From positions 1 through 64,000 of the IMG/VR virus record IMGVR_UViG_3300035498_000575: DNA of 64,000 nt; one strand, 5' to 3'. The notes under the pieces were generated by a model, which saw nothing but the letters and a program-made list of their open reading frames with translations, was not told where the DNA came from and did no database searches. Below are positions 49,721-60,500 of this stretch, in pieces; positions within the stretch are counted from its first letter, which is position 1, and the number at the start of each line of letters is the position of its first letter. The position numbers were made by a program, and so were the translations under genes. This stretch comes from a virus (lineage: Duplodnaviria > Caudoviricetes).

Positions 49721-49796
49721 TTATTATTACCTCCAATATATTTTATTTAGTAGTCCTGTAGGATGTAGCCTACAGGACGATTAAGTGATTTGACAA

Positions 49797-50153
49797 CTAA
49801 TATGACGTTTTTATTATATCGGTCGGAATAAGATTGTCAGCATCGTTAGTACAATACAGGAAATCTGATAAATAATCTGAATGGTGAATGCTTTTATACA
49901 ATTCGTCCTCAGGGTTATAGACAGCCGATATAAATGATTTGACTTCATCAGGTTTAAACTTATGTAATGCTGCTAAGATGGCAGCAACAATTTCAGCATC
50001 AGACTTTGATGTTAATATCATTGTGTTGACAACATTGTTGATGTAATCCATCTGTGAGATATCATCTAATTGTCCTATTAAACGGTAGCAATCATATGAT
50101 ACCCATTTTATAATATTACGTTCATATCTCTTCTTAATCAATAATTCTATCAT
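49797..50153 (-). CDS. Hypothetical protein
   Basis: AAGGAG RBS; in an early-type operon. Confidence 0.55.
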   Translation of the reverse strand: MIELLIKKRYERNIIKWVSYDCYRLIGQLDDISQMDYINNVVNTMILTSKSDAEIVAAILAALHKFKPDEVKSFISAVYNPEDELYKSIHHSDYLSDFLYCTNDADNLIPTDIIKTSY

Positions 50154-50182
50154 GTTTATCAGCTCCTTCTTTAGTTTAAGAG

Positions 50183-50569
50183 TTATAACATATCATTCGT
50201 TAAACCTCTAAGGTTCACCACATCCTCTTTCTTAGATTCTAATAAATCCAATGTCATTAATACTGCTGTTCTCTCCGAATTGGTTAGGTTGTCTTTTAAC
50301 AATGCACTTACGTGAGATATAGCATTATTGATATCAACCTCAACTTCTTCAGCGAATTCAATAGCGTTTTTAATTTCGTCTGCGGTAACGAATAAAGAGT
50401 TTATAACACTTATTTGTTTGTTAGGGTAGTTATAAACTACCCTTTCTTTTTCTTTTACAACAGGTTTTACGTAACCGTAAACTCGGTTATACCATCCTAT
50501 ACAATCATCTTTGTCGTATGACCAAGCTTCTATTTCGTTATACCTGTCATAAATGACATATACCTTCAT
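50183..50569 (-). CDS. Hypothetical protein
   Basis: GGAGGG RBS; MKVYVIYD start resembles the MKIYVAYE start of 30744-31373. Confidence 0.55.
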   Translation of the reverse strand: MKVYVIYDRYNEIEAWSYDKDDCIGWYNRVYGYVKPVVKEKERVVYNYPNKQISVINSLFVTADEIKNAIEFAEEVEVDINNAISHVSALLKDNLTNSERTAVLMTLDLLESKKEDVVNLRGLTNDML

Positions 50570-50589
50570 ATATTTATACCCTCCTAAAG

Positions 50590-51006
50590 TTATTCGTTTA
50601 GTTGTAAAGATATAGTTTTTAAGATGATAGCATATACCTCAAGGTCGTAAGGTGGGATTATCCTACAAGCCATTTCACGTTCAAGTGATGTGAATATAGC
50701 ATCTGCTACCATCATACTTTCACCAGTAAACTTACCAAGCAATAATGCCAGTCTTTCACTAGTCTTTATCTTATTGTATGGTAAGTTTGTTATTTTATTA
50801 TTTTTGAAGTTATTGATTATCTCATCGTACTCCTTAATAATACCGGCTTTATACCTTTTTAATTCACGTCTTTTCATCCCATATGTGTCTTTGTCATTCC
50901 AAAACTGTCGTTCTATATTCTCAACATCAGATATGAATCTGTTCTTGATTTTAGAACTTTGGTCGTTTTTGTCTTGCTTATTTTTTGAATTAGAAAATAA
51001 CACCAT
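50590..51006 (-). CDS. Hypothetical protein
   Basis: GGAGGT RBS; early-type motif at 51052-51063. Confidence 0.55.
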   Translation of the reverse strand: MVLFSNSKNKQDKNDQSSKIKNRFISDVENIERQFWNDKDTYGMKRRELKRYKAGIIKEYDEIINNFKNNKITNLPYNKIKTSERLALLLGKFTGESMMVADAIFTSLEREMACRIIPPYDLEVYAIILKTISLQLNE

Positions 51007-51158
51007 ATTATTTACCTCCATTTATGGTCTTAGTTTATACGCTTGCATAAATATAATATATAATTAAATTTATTCTTTTTAAACTATGAGAAAAACGGTG
51101 TGAAATAAATGACATTACATTTAAATAACCAAAAAAATATTGAAGGGATGATGCTAAA

Positions 51159-54100
51159 ATGGCACAAAGTATAGAGAAGTTACCGTTTAATACAGGTATG
51201 ATAAGAAAATACACACTCCCTATTTCTAGTTCACCTGACGTTACACGCGGTAGAGGTGTATTATTGTTTTTGACAGGAGATGATATTAATTCTAACATAT
51301 CTACTATTAATGGTAAGTCCAATATCTATGATTATGGTAATACGTATAAAAGATACTATTTACCTGTAAGAATAAGAGGTAAGCTTGCTACTAAGACGAT
51401 TAATTATTACGATCCAACAACTCGTAAGAACACATACAAGTTAATTAAAAAGGCGTGTCCAAAAATAAAGGAAACACCGATAATGCCTCTTGAAAATACT
51501 AACCAGTTGATAAATTGTTATTTTGACATGTCGACTTATATAGGTATTTATAATCGTATATGTTTAAAGATGAATATAATGAGAAAGATCTCACTCTACT
51601 GGAGTTTTATGGATTTAGTATGGCATTCACCTCAGACCAATAAGTATCCAGTTAAGTACGTCCTAATAGATCTAAAGAATTTTGGTCCATGGACAGGAGA
51701 CCCTAAAGTTGATATATCTAACCCATCATATTTGATATACCATACACTATACAGATTTAAATCAGTGATACCCGATTCCTTGAAGGATTTGACATTCGTT
51801 TTATATTCTGATACAGCTGTGTTAAAAGTAAATATGGTAGACTTACGTGACATAGATAATGGTGCAATGATCTACAGAAGAGAGGTTAAGAAAGTACTAA
51901 GAACTTGCCCTCAGAAATCTATTACAGTAGATGCAACTTCTGAAGAAGCTAATATCATATACGATGAGATTAAATCTCATTTGGCTCAACGATATAAGTT
52001 TATCGGTGATGCTGAAAACGATGATAATACTGAGTCAATCAAGGTGTCTAATGAATACGAATCTGAAGAAGATCCTATGGATGTTCAGTTAAATAAAATA
52101 GACAATAAAGTTGAAAAGATAACTGCTGAGATTCTATCTGAGGTAGACGATGAGAATATTGATGATAAAGTTGGATATGTTGATACTGTAATTGAAGATA
52201 GGATAAATGATGATAAGGAACTCATTCAAACTATGTATTCAGTTACGCAGAAACAAAAGTGCCCAACTAAGCCATTGTCATCTGCAAGAGATGCTGAACT
52301 ACGTAAGAAACAGTCAGATATTAAAGTATCTGGTATGACGCTATCAGATCTTAACCAGATAAAGAGTAGTGATATAAAAATACCAGTTAATGATGTTAGT
52401 GCGAGCCTAAATACATCAAATAAAAATTTCTCTGAGGTTAAATTCTCGAACTTTGAAAAAGAGTACAATAACAAAGTAATGAAGCATGATATAATGAATG
52501 CATTCGAATCTTTGAATGACAAGTCGATACCTATGTATATCAGAGATATTAAGGTTGAGGATACATCAACGCCTATAGACTATAAGGAAACTTATACCAT
52601 CATGTTTGAGGATGCAAATAGACAACGTCATACAGTTAAAGTGGATATACCCAAGTTTATTGACGATAAGTTCATGTGGTTAGGAAGTAATAAGAAGATC
52701 ATTGAAAAGCAAGACTTTTTGTATCCAGTTGTTAAGGTAGACCCAATCACGGTACAAATAGTTACTAATTACAACAAGATGTTTGTAGGAAGATATGATA
52801 AGAAGAATAATGCATCTGTTGAAAGACTTCTATCGATTATTAAAAAGAATGAGTCTTATGCAAAGTATTTTACTGTAGGTAACACATATAATGCAAATAC
52901 ATCGTATGTTACTACAATTGAATTAGACCAATTAGCTACATTATTTACAAACGTAAATATGGGAGACCTAATGCTTAATTTTAATCTACCCGAAGCAGCA
53001 GCTAAGGCTACAACCAAACCTGAAAGCGGCAAACTATATATAGGAACTGAAAAGGGGAAACCTGTAATAGTAGATAGCTCTACAGGTAGATGTGTTGACG
53101 GTAGAAGTATTGTGGATACCATTGTGGATAATATGCCTGATGAAATGAGAAATGATTATTTAAAGACAAAATCACCAAAGAGGGTTACGTATACTACAGT
53201 AACTATAATGTCTCAAACTATACCATTTATTGTCTTACTATCATATTGGGAAGGCTTAACGACAGTAATGAAGAAGGCAAAAATAAACTACGAAATAGTA
53301 GATAAACGTCCATCATTAAGCGCTCGTCAAAACTACATCCAATTTAGTGATTGTTTTTTAGTGTATGACGATTCACTAGGCAGCGGATTATTGATGAATG
53401 GCTTAAAGATATTAGATACAGAGAACTACCCAATAACTGAATTTGATGAAGCAGAACCTTACATTAATTATTTTATCAAGGTTTATGGAAAGAGTGCTAT
53501 AACAGGTGCGTTAATAAACGCATATGAGTTTACTATAGATCCAATCACTAAAGAAGTATTACGTGACATTGGTCTACCAGAAGATCTTGTTGAATTGTGT
53601 ATATATGCTAATAACTTACTAGCCGATAACGCTTACACGTTTGAGGGTGACCAGAGATTGTACCGTATAAGATCAAATGAAATTATAGCAGCTATTTTAT
53701 ATAAGGAAATAAGTAATAAGTATGTCACCTACAGAAATAGTGGTGGTAAGAAGAGATTCTCTATTCCTCGAGACGCGGTTATTAAGACGTTGTTAGCACA
53801 AGAAAATGTTAAGGATTACTCTACTCTAAATCCGGGAACAGAGTTGACTGAGAGCAGAGTTTTGACATGTAAAGGCTTTAAGGGATCTAACGTACAAGAA
53901 GCTTATAACCTAAAAAGACGTTCTTACCCTAATTCTATGCTAGGTGTATCAGCGATATCAACACCATCTGATGGTAATGTTGGTGTAACTAAACACATGG
54001 CTCTAGAACCTACTGTTACTAATGTCAGAGGTTACTGTGATCTAAAGTATCAAGATCCTGATAGTTTAAAGGACGTAAACTTACTATCGCCTGATGAGCT

Positions 54101-55340
54101 AATGTATCCTATAGCTGGTTCACATGATGACCCAACACGTATATGTATGGCTAGTAAGCAAACAAACCATATCGTTCCTACAACTAAAATGCAGTCAGCA
54201 TTAATTTGTAATGGTATGGAAGAAGCAGTTAGATTTAACCTATCAACCGATTATGTTGTTAATGCTAAAATGGATGGAAAAGTCATAGAGGTTGATGATA
54301 AGAATAAGATGATTGTAGTTGAGTATAAAGATGGCACACACCAAGTGCTTGATTTAAGTTCTAACATTGTAAAAAACGGTGGTGGCGGTTTCTTTATGAA
54401 CAACAAGAAGATTTCTAACTTGAAGGTTGGAGATAAGTTTAAGAAAAACGATTTATTAGCTTGGCACGAGGGATTTTTCACTAACGATGAAATAAACGGA
54501 CCTAGACTAAAAATCGGCTCTCTACAGAAAGTTGCTATTACCACCTCTTATGCAACATATGAAGATAGTACTTTCATTACCGATAAGCTGGCACACGACT
54601 GTGCTACATCAATGACGTTTAGAAAAGACATAGTTATTGGTAAGAACTCCAACCTAGAATATATCATTAAGGTCGGTGATCATGTTGAAGTAGGAGATAC
54701 ACTTCTTCAATTTGATACATCCTATGAAGATAGTGAACTAAATAAACTCCTTAAAAATATTGGTGAAGACTTGCAGGAAGAAGTTCTTGAAAATAGTAAA
54801 AACAATGTCAAGAGTAAATATGCTGGAGAAGTTGTTGATATCAAAATATATTCACCGGTTCCATTGGAAGAGCTTAGTCCTAGTCTACAAAAATTAGTGG
54901 GTAACTATTATAAAGGTAATAAGTCAAAATATAATAAGATAAAATCATATGCAACTGATGAAGAAAAAAAATCAGTATATGCGTGCGGTGTTTTAATGAC
55001 TGATCCTGTGGATAAAGTAGAACCTAATAGATTTGGGGTAATCCGTGGTGAGAAAGTTGGCACTGACAACATCAAGATAGAAGTTTATATTGAACACGGT
55101 GATGTAATGGGTGTAGGTGATAAACTTGCCTATTTTGCAGCACTTAAGGGAACTATTGGTGAAGTTATTCCAAAAGGATTGGAACCCTATACAACTACTC
55201 GTCCTGACGAACAAGTAAGTGCTACCATTGCATCAAATAGTATATTGAAGCGTATGGTTCCTAGTATTATACTTAACGTGTTAGGTAATAAAGTTTTAGT
55301 TGAGTTAAAGCGTAAGCTTAAGGAAATATACGAGTCATAA
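51159..55340 (+). CDS. Phage multisubunit RNA polymerase beta-like subunit with a long N-terminal extension
   Basis: DIPKFIDDKFMWLG, STPSDGNVG, HDDPTRICMASKQ, TYEDS, GDKLAYFAALKG (both conserved Lys), SILKRM. Confidence 0.85.
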   Translation: MAQSIEKLPFNTGMIRKYTLPISSSPDVTRGRGVLLFLTGDDINSNISTINGKSNIYDYGNTYKRYYLPVRIRGKLATKTINYYDPTTRKNTYKLIKKACPKIKETPIMPLENTNQLINCYFDMSTYIGIYNRICLKMNIMRKISLYWSFMDLVWHSPQTNKYPVKYVLIDLKNFGPWTGDPKVDISNPSYLIYHTLYRFKSVIPDSLKDLTFVLYSDTAVLKVNMVDLRDIDNGAMIYRREVKKVLRTCPQKSITVDATSEEANIIYDEIKSHLAQRYKFIGDAENDDNTESIKVSNEYESEEDPMDVQLNKIDNKVEKITAEILSEVDDENIDDKVGYVDTVIEDRINDDKELIQTMYSVTQKQKCPTKPLSSARDAELRKKQSDIKVSGMTLSDLNQIKSSDIKIPVNDVSASLNTSNKNFSEVKFSNFEKEYNNKVMKHDIMNAFESLNDKSIPMYIRDIKVEDTSTPIDYKETYTIMFEDANRQRHTVKVDIPKFIDDKFMWLGSNKKIIEKQDFLYPVVKVDPITVQIVTNYNKMFVGRYDKKNNASVERLLSIIKKNESYAKYFTVGNTYNANTSYVTTIELDQLATLFTNVNMGDLMLNFNLPEAAAKATTKPESGKLYIGTEKGKPVIVDSSTGRCVDGRSIVDTIVDNMPDEMRNDYLKTKSPKRVTYTTVTIMSQTIPFIVLLSYWEGLTTVMKKAKINYEIVDKRPSLSARQNYIQFSDCFLVYDDSLGSGLLMNGLKILDTENYPITEFDEAEPYINYFIKVYGKSAITGALINAYEFTIDPITKEVLRDIGLPEDLVELCIYANNLLADNAYTFEGDQRLYRIRSNEIIAAILYKEISNKYVTYRNSGGKKRFSIPRDAVIKTLLAQENVKDYSTLNPGTELTESRVLTCKGFKGSNVQEAYNLKRRSYPNSMLGVSAISTPSDGNVGVTKHMALEPTVTNVRGYCDLKYQDPDSLKDVNLLSPDELMYPIAGSHDDPTRICMASKQTNHIVPTTKMQSALICNGMEEAVRFNLSTDYVVNAKMDGKVIEVDDKNKMIVVEYKDGTHQVLDLSSNIVKNGGGGFFMNNKKISNLKVGDKFKKNDLLAWHEGFFTNDEINGPRLKIGSLQKVAITTSYATYEDSTFITDKLAHDCATSMTFRKDIVIGKNSNLEYIIKVGDHVEVGDTLLQFDTSYEDSELNKLLKNIGEDLQEEVLENSKNNVKSKYAGEVVDIKIYSPVPLEELSPSLQKLVGNYYKGNKSKYNKIKSYATDEEKKSVYACGVLMTDPVDKVEPNRFGVIRGEKVGTDNIKIEVYIEHGDVMGVGDKLAYFAALKGTIGEVIPKGLEPYTTTRPDEQVSATIASNSILKRMVPSIILNVLGNKVLVELKRKLKEIYES

Positions 55341-55393
55341 CAAAGAAAAAATGAAGTTCCAAACGGAACTTCATTTTTATATAGTTATTGTTT

Positions 55394-55864
55394 TTATTCT
55401 TCTTCATCATTGATAGGTTCAACTATCGGATTAATAGCGACATCCTCTGTACCATCTTCTATATCTGCATCATATTCGAATTCTGGAACCGCATCTGTGT
55501 TTGAATTGTCGTTATCTATAGACAATTCTACAGGTTGTTCGGGTTGCTCAAAAATTCTAACACAGAATTCATGCTCTACAATATTGACTAGCTTTTGACA
55601 TAGAAACCTAGGCAAAACCATATTTGTACTGTCGAATTCAAGCGCAGTGTATCGTTCTCCATCTTCCTTTTCAGTATTAAATTGCTCTATGCAATTATCA
55701 ATGATTGCTGCACCGGATATGTGATATATATCGTCTTCACTGTATGTATCGATGCCCTGTTCAGAAGTATCCTTTTTTATTAGCTCTGATAATTCATCGG
55801 CTGCACCTCTTAGCTGTCTTAGTGCTTCATTAGCCTCATCGATATTAGTAAACATAATCTTCAT
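55394..55864 (-). CDS. Acidic hypothetical protein
   Basis: GGAGGT RBS before MKIMF. Confidence 0.55.
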   Translation of the reverse strand: MKIMFTNIDEANEALRQLRGAADELSELIKKDTSEQGIDTYSEDDIYHISGAAIIDNCIEQFNTEKEDGERYTALEFDSTNMVLPRFLCQKLVNIVEHEFCVRIFEQPEQPVELSIDNDNSNTDAVPEFEYDADIEDGTEDVAINPIVEPINDEEE

Positions 55865-55941
55865 AGCAATTACCTCCAAAAAAAAATAAATTTATAAATT
55901 ACCAACCGCTAGTAACAGCGGTTGGTAAAATATTATGTGTT

Positions 55942-56433
55942 TTATTGAATATCAATACGCTTCTTTAGATAAGATGGACAACCGCTAGATGCCTTTAGCT
56001 TCTTATGCTTGCCCATTAGTGTGTGATATTCTGTTACATTACCATCCTTGTCCTTTAACTTGGATGTCTTCTCAACTTCTTCCTTTGTCTCGAGTTCGAT
56101 ACCGCCCTTGAAGTCATATCTAGGGAGGAAGTTGAACTTGTTACCATCGTCCATGTACTCGTAAACAGCTGTAGCGATAAATTCGTATAGACCGTCTACG
56201 TTAGTAAATTGGAACTCAGGTTCCATGACCTTCTGAGCTTCAAACTTGTCAACACCAAACTTTTCAAGAAGCTTCTTACAGAATCCTCTAAAGCCTTCTG
56301 TTACAGCTACTTCCTTGATGGTGTAACCCTCAGCCTTCATCTTGGATGCTTCTGCAACCTCTACCTTGAATGCTGGGTCGTTGATAATCTTCTTAATGGT
56401 TTCGTTGAAACCTTCTCTTGAAAATCTACTCAT
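55942..56433 (-). CDS. Hypothetical protein, possibly a distant HU-like DNA-binding protein
   Basis: Helical N-terminus then beta-arm-like, Lys-rich C-terminus; both promoter types upstream. Confidence 0.35.
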   Translation of the reverse strand: MSRFSREGFNETIKKIINDPAFKVEVAEASKMKAEGYTIKEVAVTEGFRGFCKKLLEKFGVDKFEAQKVMEPEFQFTNVDGLYEFIATAVYEYMDDGNKFNFLPRYDFKGGIELETKEEVEKTSKLKDKDGNVTEYHTLMGKHKKLKASSGCPSYLKKRIDIQ

Positions 56434-56575
56434 ATTTTTATACCTCCATAAAATCTGTGGATGAATAGTTTAGTAATATAAGTTATCCACGGAACTTAAA
56501 TTACTTTATTGTTTATGCGAATTAAAATTCTATTAAACCTTAATTCTCGTTTATAATATATAATTGAATCACGTT

Positions 56576-57187
56576 TTAGAATTCTTCTTCGTCATCAAGA
56601 AGAATACGCAACTCGTTTAGAGCTTTGTATAACTTACTGGTATCTCTGTCGTTTTTATCTTCGTTAGAAAATCTGTCATTATTTGTTTGATTGTTTTTGT
56701 CTTTTATCATGTTAGTATAATACTCGACAGCCAGCTTATCGCAACGTTCATTTTCTGGGTGTCCATCGTGACCTTTAATCCAGATGAACTTAGCTTTGTG
56801 TTGTTTTAGCAAACCTGATAGTTCCTTCCATAGATTCTCATTCTTTACAGGTTGGCCTGTCCATTTCTTCCAGTCATTCTTTTCCCAACTATATAACCAT
56901 CTCTTGTTAATTGCGTTTGTTACGTATTGGGAATCGCTGAATACCTTTATGCTATCAAATGACAATCCTTCTTCTCTCATGAGTTTACCAACAAGTTTTA
57001 AACCTTTTATAACACCGGATAATTCCATTTGGTTATTAGTGGTGTTCATGAAACCGTTAACATAAACAATTTCTTTGTCTTTTATCTCGTTGTCTGTATC
57101 ATCGATTATTTTTAGTATAGTCGCGAATGCTCCCGGACCGGGATTTTTGCTGCAAGCACCGTCACTGTAGATTTCTACTCTCATCAT
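56576..57187 (-). CDS. rnhA: Ribonuclease HI
   Basis: YSDGACSKNPGPG, TTNNQMEL, SDSQY, WIKGH, NERCDKLA. Confidence 0.95.
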   Translation of the reverse strand: MMRVEIYSDGACSKNPGPGAFATILKIIDDTDNEIKDKEIVYVNGFMNTTNNQMELSGVIKGLKLVGKLMREEGLSFDSIKVFSDSQYVTNAINKRWLYSWEKNDWKKWTGQPVKNENLWKELSGLLKQHKAKFIWIKGHDGHPENERCDKLAVEYYTNMIKDKNNQTNNDRFSNEDKNDRDTSKLYKALNELRILLDDEEEF

Positions 57188-57198
57188 TATACCTCCTA

Positions 57199-57363
57199 TT
57201 ATTTGGATAGACGTTTATCTATCTTTTCTTGGTCTATACCTTTTTCTTTAAGTAATGTAACCACTATGGTATCTAACGCTTTATAATTACCGTCAGCAGT
57301 CATGTGGTTTTTGACCGTTTTGAACGCTCTGCGTCCTCTCTCAATGTCATCTTTCTTACTCAT
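57199..57363 (-). CDS. Small hypothetical protein
   Basis: GGAGGT RBS before MSKKDD; early-type motif at 57407-57419. Confidence 0.55.
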   Translation of the reverse strand: MSKKDDIERGRRAFKTVKNHMTADGNYKALDTIVVTLLKEKGIDQEKIDKRLSK

Positions 57364-57507
57364 GATAATTACCTCCAATTGTATTTTAGTATTATTCATA
57401 CCGCATTTATAATATATAATTGTACCGATTTTTTGCAAAAATACAGCTGAAAGGTAAGGTGAAAACAATATATTAAAAATCAGATTAAATTCGAAAGGAG
57501 AATTTAT

Positions 57508-60500
57508 ATGGCCAATAATAAAAGAGCAAGTACGGAAGTACGACGCGTAGCCCCCAATGCAAATTGGGTCAATAATGCGTTGAAGTCTTTGGGACTAAGT
57601 GCGTTGAATGTAGCAGAAGAAATAATGCCTACAACTTATACGACAATGCATGATTCCATGGGCGAAGCTAATAAGTACATTCAAGAAATGCGTAAGGGAA
57701 AATCAAGTCAACAAAGAATTTCCGATACGCTAAAAAATAATGCGATCATTAAAGGCGCGGATGAGATTATAAAGAACGGTATCAAGGATTTAAAATCCGG
57801 TAATATTTATAATAAAACTAGAGACAATATGACTAAAAATATGATGGGTGATATGGGTCTTGATGATTTGGAAGATGCCTTTAATGATTTCGATGATATA
57901 GATTTTGGTGATGACATATTTACAGATGAAGATGACAGCACAGCTGATTCTAATACAAATGTAGTAGTTCAGAACGATAATAGAGTAAACGTCTCACCTG
58001 ACAGTTATTCTCAAGCTGCTGCTTTGGAGCCAGTAACTAACGCAGTTACACAAGCTGCAGTTGTTCAAGCACAGGCTACACAGGCGAGCAATACTGTCCT
58101 AGTAGAGATGGCTTCAAGGAATCTATTCCAGAATAAACAGCTTGGAACAGATGTAATCAATAAGTTAAGTTCAATTGAATCGCATCTATCAGCAATGGTT
58201 CAGTATAATAATGAATCAATGAGTAAATACATCGAAGCGTCAATAGCGTATTATGATAAGGCACTACCTAAGCAGAAAGAATCTGAGTATCAAAGTGCTA
58301 ATAATGATAATGCACTATTTGGTGAAAAGGGAGAACTTAACATAAAGAATTATCTTTCAGGAATGAAAGATAGTTTTATGAAATCAGTTGGAGATACCGA
58401 TTTAGGATCCATTATATCTTTCTTACCTATGATGAAAGATATGCTTGCTGATAATCCTATTGGACTTATTCTAAATGCAAGTATGAAGGGTATGATTCCC
58501 GGACTAGCGAAGAAGTCTCTCACAGATTTGGATAATGCGTTTAAATCTTTTACGCCAGCTTTACTAGAAAAGTTTTCGGACTACACTTATCAAGGCGATA
58601 ATGATATGGTAGGTACCGTAATGGAAACGTTGATACGTACATTGGGCCGAAAAGAGAAGAATAAAACAGGAATTGATGTAGGTGCTGTCACAAAAGAAAA
58701 TGTTGCTTGGGATAGTATTAGTAGACATACTTTAGTCGAAATTATTCCAAAGTATTTACGTGAGAGTACTGCTTATTTGAAAGCCATTACCGCTACAGTA
58801 ACAGGTGATGACGATACGAGTGCTATATTAGACAGTGCAGATATATTTAATTTCAAAAATGGAAATTATACAACACGAAAGAAACTACAACGTGACTACT
58901 TTGAAGAGATAGAAGACTCAGCCGTTGATAGTTTTGATAGAAGTAGTTTTTCTAAGGCATTATCTACAGCTGGTGGTGTTTTAGATCGTGATGATAGAAG
59001 TTCATATGATGACTTAGTTAAGCAATTTAAATTTAAATTAGTGCAAGGAAACAAGCGAATTGATAGGGAGAATAACCCAGAATCGATACGTGCGTTGATA
59101 GATGGATTGACTGGAGATGATAAATATAAAGAATTATTAATGTCCGCTATTATGAATATGAGTAACAGCGACTTTATGAGTGGAGACGCTGCTAGACGTG
59201 CAGGTGTAAGATCCTACGCACAAAAACTAGAAGAGATTGAAAAGAATCCTGCGGACTATAGGCTTTATGATATATATGATAGTGCCAGTCTAAATAATAA
59301 AAATGTTAAGAATGATGTCTATAAGTTTCAACAACAGCGTGCTAATAGAAATTTTGTCACTGATGCACCTGAGCCAGTTAATGAAGTCAGTGTAAGCATT
59401 AATAGACTACCGGGATCATTAGGAAACGGTCCTGTAGCTATATTAGGTGATATCAGAGAAATATTATTGCGTGGAATTAATGTTCGTGTTGATAGAGCAT
59501 CATCTAAATTATATGGTAGAAATATTCCAGACTATATCGAACATCTTGAACAACCCAACTTTGTCGGACCTGTTCCGCAAAGAACCAATAATAACCAAGA
59601 TACCAACAGTTACACTACTAACGAACCTACTGAAAGCCATACAGAAGATGTTGACAAGGCTGAGGTAGTTAGAGGTCAATATGATGAAGAAGTTATTAAC
59701 GCTTTTGAAAGTGAAGAATGGTATGAAAATTACAAAGCCTCTAATGGTTCTGATAGTATTCTGGGGGATATAGCTCCAGCTTCGGTACGAGAAAAGAGAA
59801 CTGAACTAGGAGAAAAGGCACAAAGACAAAGTGAAAAAGCTAAGAATATGATGTACAATATCATTTATGGTGGAGCAGACCAAGCGGTAAACGCGATGCT
59901 GACTAACCTAAGTGAGAAGGCTATTGATGCTGGTACCAAATTATTCGATAGCTTTGTAAAGCCTGTCGTTGGTTACGTGTTTGAAGATGATGAAGAGAAT
60001 GGTAGAGTGTCCATTGCTACTAGAGTAGAAAACACGATATCTGATGCGGGTAAGGGTATACAATATTATTTATTTGGAAAGGGCTACACAAAATCTGACG
60101 GTACTGAAGTTGCTGGCATGAATGCAGACCAAATTAAGGAAGAATCATTTGCCGGTAGAATGAAGACGATGTTCGGTACCACTGTTAGTAGCATAAATGA
60201 ATATTTATTTGGTAAAGAAGATACTGAAGAGGACTCCAATAAACCCAAGCTCTCATTAACTCAGAAAATGACTAATATAGCTGTCGATAGTATGATGGAT
60301 TGGAGAGACGTGGTATTCGGTGAAGAATCTGAAAGAACACCTGAGGCAAGAACTGAAGCTATTGAAAAAACTAAAAAGTTTGCTATGAAGGCTATACCAA
60401 ACACGCTAGTTTCTACTGCTGCTATTACAGGTATAGGTGCGTTATCAGGTGGATCTTTGTTAGGTGCCGCACTAGGAGGTCCTTTAGGATCAATAATTGG

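Noticed and set aside
49797-50153. Upstream ORF as the missing N-terminal lobe of TnpB-like gene 2
   Set aside because: No resemblance to the RLYP/WED-REC region seen in paralog 1
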